In this document: one piece after another, positions 1 to 9,995 of the stretch
Numbering within the stretch: position 1 is the stretch's first letter
How the letters are laid out: each line of letters starts with the position of its first letter
Source: Rhynchopus sp. YZ270_cl-10
Lineage: Eukaryota
Assembly: GCA_964035575.1 (NCBI GenBank)
Contig: OZ037839.1
Coordinates: 682,001 to 746,000 of the forward strand
Direction: 5' to 3'
Length of the DNA stretch: 64,000 bases
Translations under genes and position numbers: made by a program
Notes under the pieces: model-generated
What the model was told of the DNA's origin: nothing
Databases searched by the model: none
Seen by the model: only the letters and a program-made list of their open reading frames with translations

Positions 1-1793
1 GTCTGCCAGTTGTATCCGTGACGCCAGCTTCGGTCGTCGTCCCAGGAGCGCCAGATCATTTCTTCGGTGATACTGCTTTTGGCGAACCCGGTGCTTCCTT
101 GATAAATGTTGACAGTGAGGGGGCATCCGTCGACGCCTTCCTTTGACATAGCGAAGGTAGTAGGGTTTGGTGTACGAAGCACTCCAGATTCTTGGATCCG
201 AACCTTTTCGAGACATACAGGGCGGCCAAAGTCGAGGAGAATGTTGCACACATCGCCGGTCCCCGTTAGACACTCCCAATCTGTGGAAGCATCGCCGTCT
301 CTTGCCGTGCCAAGAGTTGTGTCGACGGTGGTGGACCCCAAAGAACTGACCTGAACAGGGTTTAACTCCTTCCAGCCGACGTTGCGGTGGATTTGGAAGT
401 CGCTCAGTACCGGCATGACCTGAACCTGTGGTATCGTTCCGGTCAGTCCGTTTGCACCGATGTGGAAGGTGACAACGTTGTAGAGCGCATTCACAAAGCC
501 CTGCGCGAGAGATCCGGTCAGAATGTTGTTTGAGACCTTCAGTGTGACAAGACCGGGTGCTACCGTTTTATCTGGGATTGTACCGGAAAAGTCGTTGTCA
601 CTCAGAGAATACTCTTCGATAACGCGGAAGTTGTCGAGACAAGGTAGCGTTCCGGTCAGCCGGTTCTCCCATCCCTGGAGGCGCTCTAATAAGGGATACG
701 CAGTCTGATGGCACGGCAGCGTTCCGGTCATAAGGTTGCGGTAGAAGGTGAGATCGGTTAAAGCGTTCAATGGTGTCGGGTTGGGGGCCAACGCTTCCAT
801 GCCTTGAAGAAAGTTGTCTTCAACGAAGATGCTCTCCAACGTCGGCTGCACCAACGGAGAAAACGGCGGCACCTGCCCGACCAACCGATTATGCGACAAA
901 TCAAAATACCGCAGCCTCGTCATTGTATTCAGAGGAGGCACCGTGCCGAACACCTCCCTTTGCTCATCTATCTGCAAATGCTCTGCGACCGTCATATCCG
1001 TAAAATCTGGGATCGTCCCTGTCAGCAAATTGTTACTATGGATCTTCAGAGTAACCAGCTTTGTAAACTGCCCTGTTGGACCTGTAGAAAACGTTGGGAT
1101 CGACCCGGTCAGTTTATCGTTATTCCAGAGCACAAAGGTTTTTATGTTGGTTAGCATCAGAAGTGACGGAATGCTTCCCTGCACATTAGTGGATTGGAGA
1201 TGATATTCTTCGAGAGTGGTCAGTGTATCGAATGGAGGGAAGGCTGCGTTTGAGAAGGGCCCGTAGAAGTAGAGGTTGCGGTACGTCTCTGGGTGTTTCG
1301 TCCAGTAGTCCGGGAGGTCCCCGGTGTGGCTGTTTCCAAGACGCAGCTCGTAGAGGTTGGGTGTGTTCTCTAGTTCGTTGGGAAAGGTTCCGGAGATGGA
1401 GTTTCCTTGGAGGCGGAGGACCTCCAGGTCGGGTAAGTCTTTGAGAACGCCGTTAGGGAATGTGCCCCAGAGGTTGTTGTTGTCAAGGTCGATTGTGACG
1501 ACTTCGCAAAAGGGGCAAAGACGGCACTGCACGCCAGCCCAGCCGCCGTTTTCGCATGGATCGCCGGTCATCCACCCGCTGTAGCTGTTCCAAGTGCATT
1601 TGCAGTTAACCGGATTTGCTGCCTTACAGCATTGCACAACATTCTTCGGCCAAGTTGCGGTATAGATTTTACCTAATGCAGCGATTGCAGCGGGGTCGGT
1701 GACGCAGTTGCAGAAGGGGAGGAGGAGGAGGAGGAGGAGAAGAAGGGGGGTGGAGAGAAGGGTTCGTTGGCGTGGTGGGCGAGTGCGGAACAT
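1..1793 (-). CDS. Secreted/surface leucine-rich-repeat protein (plant RLP-type LRRs), 3' end beyond window start
   Basis: Manual translation from ATG at 1793: MFRTRPPRQRTLLSTP, a poly-Leu hydrophobic stretch, a Cys-rich cap (W.TGDPC..GWAGVQC), then repeats such as IDLDNNNLWGTFP, LRLQGNSISGTFP, FDLSHNRLVGQVP and LTFYRNLMTGTLP. Probably absent from the ORF track because it runs off the window without a stop. Confidence 0.85.
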   Translation of the reverse strand, partial: MFRTRPPRQRTLLSTPLLLLLLLLLPFCNCVTDPAAIAALGKIYTATWPKNVVQCCKAANPVNCKCTWNSYSGWMTGDPCENGGWAGVQCRLCPFCEVVTIDLDNNNLWGTFPNGVLKDLPDLEVLRLQGNSISGTFPNELENTPNLYELRLGNSHTGDLPDYWTKHPETYRNLYFYGPFSNAAFPPFDTLTTLEEYHLQSTNVQGSIPSLLMLTNIKTFVLWNNDKLTGSIPTFSTGPTGQFTKLVTLKIHSNNLLTGTIPDFTDMTVAEHLQIDEQREVFGTVPPLNTMTRLRYFDLSHNRLVGQVPPFSPLVQPTLESIFVEDNFLQGMEALAPNPTPLNALTDLTFYRNLMTGTLPCHQTAYPLLERLQGWENRLTGTLPCLDNFRVIEEYSLSDNDFSGTIPDKTVAPGLVTLKVSNNILTGSLAQGFVNALYNVVTFHIGANGLTGTIPQVQVMPVLSDFQIHRNVGWKELNPVQVSSLGSTTVDTTLGTARDGDASTDWECLTGTGDVCNILLDFGRPVCLEKVRIQESGVLRTPNPTTFAMSKEGVDGCPLTVNIYQGSTGFAKSSITEEMIWRSWDDDRSWRHGYNWQ

Positions 1794-2754
1794 TGTTAGA
1801 GGAAGGGGAAAAGAGGGGATGTGGGGGGGAGGGGGGAGGGGAAATTGAGTTCTGTTGAAAGTGTGAAGTACAAAGAAAATTGAAAAAAAAATTGTGGGGT
1901 GGGGTAGAGGGAAGGATATGTCATTTCTCCAGAGACATTTCGTGGTTTTGATTCTGTGGGTAGTCGAGTATGAGCGTGAATGGTATGCAGATGTGTGGCG
2001 ATTGCATAGGAAGAGGAAGACTTCGAGTTGGCGAGTACAGGAGAAACACCTTGGTGAAGACGAAGGTGTTCTCGCCGCTGGATCTGCTCCTGCACAGTAT
2101 GGAGACACAGGGGCCGTATCTGAATTAATTAAACAGACCGACTCTGGATAGATCACCAAAACGAATAAGTGGGCGAACAGCTTGCGCTGGATTTCAAAGA
2201 GGTCGCGGGGGAGTTGATCCCTGCATTCAAACAAAAACCCCCAGTTGCTGTTTGACCTAGAGTATTTTAAAGTCTCTCCGAAAACGAAGAAGAAAGAAGA
2301 AGCTTCGGCAAAACGAACGGGTCGACTGAGGTAACCGCAGAAGAGGCAACGGTAGACTCTAAGTCCGAGACCGCTGAGGGGCAACACAGATTAGGGAAAT
2401 GGGGTCTTGATCATGAAGAAACTTATCAGAGATGTGGGGCTTTTATTTATGATGTCGAAGGAGAAGCGATCTAAAAAACAAAAAAGCGTGGGGGGGACCT
2501 GGCCCCCCGGTCACCTGCGGGGTTATTTTAGTTTTATTGATCAAATAGAAGTGAAATTCTATTATTTCAGGCACGTTGTCACATAAAAAAACGTTGGAAA
2601 AAAGAAAAGTAAAAAGAAAATAGTTTCGGCCCCTGCCCCTAGCCTACAAAAAAAAACCTACATGGGGGCCTCGTCAATAGGTATACCAATAGGGTCACCT
2701 GGGGGGGATTGTGCCTGTGCAATCAGTGAATCGCTGAATGAGCTCTTCTTACAC

Positions 2755-3010
2755 TTACTTCTGCATGTCTGCCACATCATTCAGTGTGTTGGAGCCCGTT
2801 CTGTTCGTCACATCTATTCTGGAGGCATCGGCATCAACAGGTTGTTGCTCTGCTCCTGCATGCTGACGTGACTCTCCCATGTACTCCCATGTCGCACGCA
2901 TTGAGAGAAGTGTGTTGCGCAAGAGTTCCTTTTCTGCTGAATCTGTGCAATCAGTGAATCGCTGAATCAGTTCGTTCTGCACTTCCTCCTGCATGCTGAC
3001 AACTTCACGA
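2755..3010 (-). pseudogene. Frameshifted last 76-aa repeat of ankyrin/repeat module 1
   Basis: The frame of 3005..5305 stops at AAEVAIS*. The shifted frame continues REVVSMQEEVQ...LNDVADMQK*, matching the end of the paralog at 33787 (LHDVADLQK*). Confidence 0.7.
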
Positions 3011-5305
3011 AATGGCAACTTCAGCAGCAACAAGTGCAAGCTCCGGTGCGGAAAGGGACGTCGCCATGTGTTCCCAAGCAGCACGAATTGGTTCAAGTTT
3101 CTCGCGCAAGCGCTTCTTTGCTGCTGAATCCATTTGACTCAGTTCGCTGAGTGCTGCTGTGTTTGTCACATCTGCCTGGATGTCGGCAACGTCGGCATCA
3201 ACGACGCCACCTGCCTGATCCACTTCCTGCTCCACGCCTACCATAAGATAACGCACAGTCTCCGTGCCTCCCTCTTCCGCAGCAGTAATCAGACATGTCA
3301 CCTTCTGTATTTTGTGTTCTTTTCTGTCCCCTGCAGCAGCTTCAAAGTGCTGTGATAGCTCCTCGATATGTTCTGTGACACGCAGTTCCGCACCAGCTTC
3401 CACCAACAGATTCACAATGTCGCGGTCCACTCCCATGCACGCACAGACAAGAGGCGAAGGTCCTCTGTCGTCCCATTTCTCGATGCGTGCACCTGAATCA
3501 ATGAGCTCCTGCACCTTAGCTGCATATGATTTGGGGTAACGCGCTGCTGCATCGAAACGGATATTGCCATTGCCCTGTATATGCAGCCGTGCACCCGCTT
3601 CTAGCAACATCCTCACGATATGGACCTCACCCGCCCGACAAGCCATCATCAGAGGCGAACAGACCAACTCGCTCTTTGCTTCCACGTCTGCACCTGCATC
3701 AATGAGCAAGTGCATCACAGCTGCATGTGTGCTCCATACATGTAGGTCTGTACGTGGATCCGACTCAGCCTCATCATCAGTGAGTACCTCCACCACAGAC
3801 TCAGTGTCATTGTTCTCCACTGCGTGGTGCAACGCAGTCCAGTGCTTAGCATCAACGAGGTCCACACGCACCTCTGGCATGCACAGTAGGCTTTTCACAA
3901 TCGTCGTGAATCCACCAGCAGACGCAATCATGAGACATGTCTCGCCATCTGGGTCTCTTGCACCCACATCCGCACCTGCTCGAATCAGTACCTTCACAAC
4001 ATCATTCGCGTCTGACATACAACCCGACAACAGAGGCGAGCGCCCCAAGGAATCCTTTTTCTCGATGTCTGCCCCTGCATCAATGAGCACCTGCACCGTA
4101 TCTGCCTGGTTAAAGTGGTTTAGACCCACATCAGGCAGGTTTCCAGCAACTGCCTTGTGCAACGCAGTGCGTGCGTACTTCCCACCTACCTGATCCACAT
4201 CCACCTGCCCCAAGCTCACCAGATAGCGCACAGTCTCCGTGTGTCCCTTACGCGAAGCAACGATAAGACATGTTTCGGCGTCGGTGCGTGCTAGACGCAG
4301 GTCCGCACCAGCTTGAATCAACATTTTCACAATATCGAGGCACCCTGCAAAGCACGCAAGGAGAAGAGGCGTATGTCCATCAGAGTCCTTTTCCTCGATG
4401 TCTGCACCTGCATCAATGAGCACCTGCACCACATCTGCACGTCCTTCCTCCACTGCCTCGTGCAACGTAGAGTTGCTGTGGCTGCAATCAGTGAATCGCT
4501 GAATCAGTTCTTTCTGCACTTCCTCCTGCATGCTGACAACTCCACGAAGTGTGTTGGAGCTTGTTCTGTTTCTCACATCAGTTCTGTAAACATCTGCATC
4601 AACAGGTTGCTGCTCTGCTCCTGCATGCTGACGTGACTCTGCCATGTGTTCCCATGTCGCACGCATTGAGAGAAGTGTGTTGCGCAAGAGTTCCTTTTCT
4701 GCTGAATCTGTGCAATCAGTGAATCGCTGAATCAGTTCGTTCTGCACTTCCTCCTGCATGCTGACAACACCACGCAGTGTGTTGGAACCTGTTCTCTTTG
4801 TCACATCTGTTCTGGAAACATCAGCATCAACAGGTTGCTGCTCTGCTCCTGCACGCTGACGTGACTCTGCCTTGTGTTCCCATGTCGCACGCATTGAGAG
4901 AAGTCTGTTGCGCAAGAGTTCCTTTTCTGCTGAATCTGTGCAATCAGTGAATCGCTGAATCAGCTCTTTCTGCACTTCCTCCTGCATGCTGACAACTTGA
5001 CGAAGTGTGACAGCATCATCATCAACAAGTGCAAGCTCCGGTGCGGCAAGGGACGTCCCCATGTGTTCCCAAGCAGCACGAATTGGTTCAAGTTTCTCGC
5101 GCAGGTGCTTCTTTGCTGCTGAATCCATTTGACTCAGTTCGCTGAGTGCTGCTGTGTTTGTCACATCTGCCTGGATGTTGCGACATGTCTTGCCATCTCG
5201 GTCTCTTGCACCCACATCCGCACACCCCACAGACTCCTCGAAATGCTTGCTCTCCAGCTCGCTGGAAAGCTTTCGTGCGTAGAAGTCCCTGTAGCCTTGG
5301 GGAAG
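3005..5305 (-). CDS. Exon 2 of the TYW gene: TYW5-like C-terminus fused in frame to 76-aa repeats and ankyrin repeats (module 1)
   Basis: Acceptor TTTCTACAG at 5306 is followed by LPQGYRDFYARKL, typical of the TYW5 C-terminal helix (LPEEYRDFYARR). No stop intervenes before ADVGARDRDG..., the repeats and the ANK array. Confidence 0.75.
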   Translation of the reverse strand, partial: LPQGYRDFYARKLSSELESKHFEESVGCADVGARDRDGKTCRNIQADVTNTAALSELSQMDSAAKKHLREKLEPIRAAWEHMGTSLAAPELALVDDDAVTLRQVVSMQEEVQKELIQRFTDCTDSAEKELLRNRLLSMRATWEHKAESRQRAGAEQQPVDADVSRTDVTKRTGSNTLRGVVSMQEEVQNELIQRFTDCTDSAEKELLRNTLLSMRATWEHMAESRQHAGAEQQPVDADVYRTDVRNRTSSNTLRGVVSMQEEVQKELIQRFTDCSHSNSTLHEAVEEGRADVVQVLIDAGADIEEKDSDGHTPLLLACFAGCLDIVKMLIQAGADLRLARTDAETCLIVASRKGHTETVRYLVSLGQVDVDQVGGKYARTALHKAVAGNLPDVGLNHFNQADTVQVLIDAGADIEKKDSLGRSPLLSGCMSDANDVVKVLIRAGADVGARDPDGETCLMIASAGGFTTIVKSLLCMPEVRVDLVDAKHWTALHHAVENNDTESVVEVLTDDEAESDPRTDLHVWSTHAAVMHLLIDAGADVEAKSELVCSPLMMACRAGEVHIVRMLLEAGARLHIQGNGNIRFDAAARYPKSYAAKVQELIDSGARIEKWDDRGPSPLVCACMGVDRDIVNLLVEAGAELRVTEHIEELSQHFEAAAGDRKEHKIQKVTCLITAAEEGGTETVRYLMVGVEQEVDQAGGVVDADVADIQADVTNTAALSELSQMDSAAKKRLREKLEPIRAAWEHMATSLSAPELALVAAEVAIS

Positions 5306-5435
5306 CTGTAGAAATAAGGGTTTTTGGGGATCGATTTCTAGAAAAGCTGATGAAGTTTCGTTGTTTCGTATGTGATAAAATTGGGGGTGTTCACACCCCA
5401 TTGCTTGGGGGTGAAAAAAAGGGGGGGAAATATAC

Positions 5436-8400
5436 GTTTTCAAGCATCGCGTGGACCTTGGCCATTGTCTTCTGCGCCTCCCCTGCGTGGATGAGGTCCT
5501 TGTTGCCGTAGATATCGTTCTTCTCGTACACCTCCTTGGGAAGATGCTTCCACATGATGTTCACTGAGATGGACGCATCCTGCGCCCACGTGGTGTGGAA
5601 CCACAGTGCAGGGATGAAGAGTGAGTCGCCAGGCTGCAGCAGCACATGCCTCCCCTTTGCTAACGCCTTGTTCACGAGGGGGTAGGCCTTGAGGTCACAC
5701 GACGTCACATCGCCTGCCAACGACGAGCTTCCATCAATGTACAAATTCTGAACCTCCTCCGGCGGGAACAAAATAACGTGCTTCACCCCAGACACCTGAA
5801 ACAGCATTCCATCTGTGATGTCATAGTGACACCAAGTGATCACATCCTTCGAGGAAACCCGCAGGGCGCTAGAGAACAACCCTTCGTCATCAAGCGTTCG
5901 CTGTAAAAATCCTGGTGCCTTAAAGTCGTCTGCCACTTCAGGCATGGTGTCCCAGAAGTTTGCAGGGTCTTTCCTCATGTTTTTCCCGACGGAACGGAAG
6001 AAAAGGTATTCTGAGTGGTTTTCGCTGAGGATTGTGCCCTTCAGGAGCTCGGAAAACGTCATGGCCTTGAAGCTGTAGTTTCTGGGGTGGAAGGTGAGTT
6101 CGGGTTGCTTGCAGACCCCGACGCTGACCTGCTTCTCGCCTATCTTCTCCTTTAGGTAGTCTGGTGTCCACTTCGCGAAACACTCTCCGAAGTCGCATTT
6201 CATGACGACTGGCTGCCGTTTTTTGTATATGTTTGCCCACTGCGCAAAGGTCGGATGGTTCACACGAACAACCGCATCACACTGCTTCCCAACGGAAGAG
6301 AACCCCTTCCCCGAAGCGCTCGAAGAGTCGAGATACGCAATTCTGGGCTTATTCAAGAAGGTCCCGTACGTCGAGCACTGTGCACCCCCACCCATGATCA
6401 GGAAGGTGCGCGGTTGGAATGGCACAATCAAATGTCTCGTGAGAAGCATCGAGTTGCCCCCACCGCCTTCTGTCACCGGGACGTCGGTGACAACCTGTTT
6501 GAAGCTGACTTTGTCGCCAATGAGGTCGAAAATGATGAGATATGCATCAGAGTCACCAACACCTCCGGTACGTTCCTGCAGAGAGGACCCCCCGACAACA
6601 AGAAGCGCGTCATCTGCTGGTGCTGTCGCATGGCTCATTCTTGGTGGAGGTGCCCAGCCTGTTCCGGAATGCTCGACTGCTCTCCATGATAGGATCGCCA
6701 CCTGGAACACCCAGACGTCGGAGAGCAGTGCAGTCTCCCCTTGGCCACCGTGCAGCACAATGTCACCAGAATTCATTTTTGTTAATGTTGCGGAGTGGCG
6801 GGGCTGCGGCGACGCCTTTCCTTCCCAGGTCAACTCCCGCCAGGATTTGGTTTCAACAGAATACACCCAGGTGTCCGCCAGGAACCCTTCCGCCATTCCT
6901 CCAAACAAAAGCGCCTCGCTCTCCCCCAAGGATGCCATACAATGCCGTTGACGAGGTCCCGGGCAGACAGATGGGGCAGCCTCAACCTCAGCATCACCCT
7001 CAGCCTCTGTGTTCTCCTCACTCGACCACACCAAGCTGTTCACATGAAGAAGATAAATCTGTTTACTACAGAGCTCCCCCTTCAGAGTCACCCCTCCATG
7101 CAACAGCATGTAGTCCCCTGCCATAGCTGCGGCATGGTAGTGCCGTTCTACAGGCACGTTCCCGGAGGGGGTCTCATAATTTCTCAGCACCTTCGGAAGG
7201 GAAAGGTCGATAATGGTGAGCCCCCCTTCCCCATACACATAGGCGGCGTATAGTCTACTGTGAGCACCTTTTGAGAGGATGGTTGGTTGGCAGGTTACCA
7301 CTGTGTGGCTCATTCCCAAGCAAAAATCGCCGAGTTTGCGGAGGAAATGCATTCTTGAGACTTGTTGTGAAGAAAGTGGAGCCGATTTTTCGGTAAGAGT
7401 TGCCGCAGTAGTAGTAAGAGTGGTGTTTGCGGAGGAGTAGGAGAAGAGCACTGCGTGGAGGAGTGATTCTGTTAGGTCCTCCCAGTCGCCTATTGGCTGG
7501 ATTGCGGTGATCCGTTCCATTTCTTCTTTATCAGCAAGAAGGTCTTGGAGGAGGGAGTACGGTGATGCAGAAACTACGCCGGTGGAGGCGAGCTGCTCCC
7601 TCAAGCGTTCTCCAACCTTCGCGACAGAAGGGAAGTTGTGTACTGAAAGAAGCGGTCTTCCTGCCTGCTCTGCAACCGCAGTCACAATACCACCGTATGT
7701 GTCCTGAGGATAAACATCGTCCCACCCAATCACATCTACCGGAGACCCCTCCGCAATCACCTTAATCCTCTCCAACAACACTGCACCACGCTCCACAGAC
7801 ATCGCAGACAACACCGAATCCAAAACAAACAGATATCTGCAGGGAAGCTCTCCGTCACTCCCTGCAAGCTGTTCAAGAGCCTCGGGGAGGTCTGCCAGAC
7901 TCTCGGCCTGCATGGTACTATACACCGATTCTGGGATTCCTGAGTACATCTGCGCACGCTTCTCTACGACCGACGCTTCATCAATGTCAACGAAGGAGAC
8001 ACCAGGGGGGGTTGCTGCAGCCTCTTCCCTTTCCTCATGCTCCTCTGCTTCGGGTTCCTTTTCCATGGAGGAGTCTTCTTGAGCGGGGAGGGGTGGGTCG
8101 CTTGCATCGGGTGTGTCAGTGTCGATGTCAGAATGGTCACCTTCTGTCTCTGGGTTGGAGGTGTGCTGTGCGTCCTCGATGGGGGAAGTGTTGGTGGTTG
8201 CTGTGGTGTTGAGTGTAGGGTCTGCTTCGGGGTCGTTCTGTTCAGGTTCAATGGAGATAGCAACTTCGGTTGCTTCGGTTGGAGGTGCATGTTGCGCAGC
8301 AAGGCTAAGGAGCATAGAGTCAAACCCACACCCAACACACGCCACAACAGCTTTTCCTGGCACATCCCGCGCCATCCATTCTTCAATCCCTTTGACAATC

Positions 8401-9020
8401 CGTTGTGCCTTCATAAAATGAAGAAGCTGCGAATGAGAGGGTTTGTAACTACTCAAATTCGGTGCCGCAGTGTCCACCCGCCCCTTTGAGGCACGGCGTG
8501 TCTTCATTGTGTCATCTAAGGCAGGGTCGGATCCGTGGTGGCTTCCTTCTTCTGCGTTGATAGTTCCGTTCATTGAGTGGTGGGCAATGAATTGGTCAGC
8601 GTAGACTGTAGGTAACACCTTCTCTTTGGAACGGAGGTACCCTTTTGCACAGCCCTCTGAGAACGCTAGGGCACGGTCGTATAATACAGAGTGGTGCGCG
8701 TTGTTGCTGGGGGCAGGGGCAGGTTTGTCTACCCCAGCTCCAGGACCTCTTCTGTTGACTACACCAGGAAGGGATCGTTTGCCTGTAGTAGGGGTGCATT
8801 TCTGTGGCATAGGGGATGCCTGACGGACACGAGAGTTTTTCGGTACAGCAAGCCTCGCAATGGTGCTTTGTGTTGCCTTTGGTGGGGCTGCCCCGGAGGC
8901 AATTGTAGGAGCATTCACAGCAGATCCCGCACCTGCCTTCGCTGCAGGCACAGCAGCAGATGGGGTCGTGGCCATCGGTGTCTTGGCCACGGGGAACTTG
9001 TACCCCCTTGTGGGAATCAT
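5436..9020 (-). CDS. TYW4: tRNA wybutosine-synthesis protein: LCM methyltransferase + kelch (TYW4/PPM2) + JmjC hydroxylase (TYW5), exon 1
   Basis: SAM motif VGCGFDS; kelch repeats (RHYHAA, LLHGG, RQRHCM, LLFGG, RHSAT, RMSHA); JmjC with WCHYD, LQPGDSLFIPALWFH and DIYGNKDL. Phase-0 intron 5435..5306 (GTATAT...CTACAG). First ATG at 9020 follows a pyrimidine tract and CAG. Confidence 0.85.
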
Positions 9021-9995
9021 GCCGCCACCCTTACCTACCCTAAAGAAGTAGCCAAGCACTGAAGGGTGATGGTGGGGAGGAGGAGGAGGAGGAGGAGGGG
9101 GGAGGAGAGAGGGAAGAGGGAAGGAAAATAGAAACTTATAGACTCATCACACGAGAACCCCCATCCTTTTTTTACAAAGGATTCAACCTTACCCCTTCCG
9201 AAAATACAAAACCAATTCAAAGCGCTACCCGGGAAGGCAAATGGATGCTCGCAGCACTGGACATCCTTGCATCGTGGCGGGTAGAGGAGACATGTAGTGA
9301 GGATACCATTGCGGGGGTGGTGGTGAGGATGATGGAGGTAGGGCTGGTTCCGTACTGCACAGGAACCTGCGTTGCTTCCTCGGTCTGTGTCGCTGCATAC
9401 TCCTGCCTGACACGAAGGTGCACACCTGCAACGACAGTCGGTCCGTCTGGCACTACCTCTACAGAGACCCGTCGCACCACTAGCAGGGACGGGCGACAGC
9501 GGTGTGTAGTGCTCACCCTGAGGCTCTGGTCGTTGCTGCTGTCCCATGTCCATGCATAGCTTCTCACGTGGATGGTTGCAACGAAGTTCTCGTTCTGTGA
9601 TGTGAGTAAGTTTGGATGTGCAACACGTCACCCATTCCCACCCAACAATACCACATGCATTGGTCTCGCTGTGCACAAGAAAGGACGCATTGCATGAGGT
9701 CTTCATTACCGACAAAAACCATACCTGAGACAACGGCCTGCAGCAACGCTTGAGCACACCCCACATCTCTTGGATCTGTTCTGTGCTGTGTGCAGTGTTC
9801 TCCACATTAGTCGTTGCTGCGACCAGGAGACAGCAGAGCATCACTACTGAGGGGGGGAACTCACAGAGTACGAGACATTGCGGTAGATAAGGTCCAAGGC
9901 TGCGGGAACAAACTCCCCGTACACTGCACCTGCGAGCACCTCCGCAGAGCACGGTACTAGCTCGTAGAAGCGCCGCTTAGCCAGAACAATTGCAC

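Noticed and set aside
1894..2480. Purine-rich plus-strand coding-like stretch
   Set aside because: Interrupted by stops, with no recognisable motif; possibly a decayed element.
3134..8823. Numerous plus-strand ORFs over ANK/TYW genes
   Set aside because: Antisense shadows of the minus-strand coding regions.
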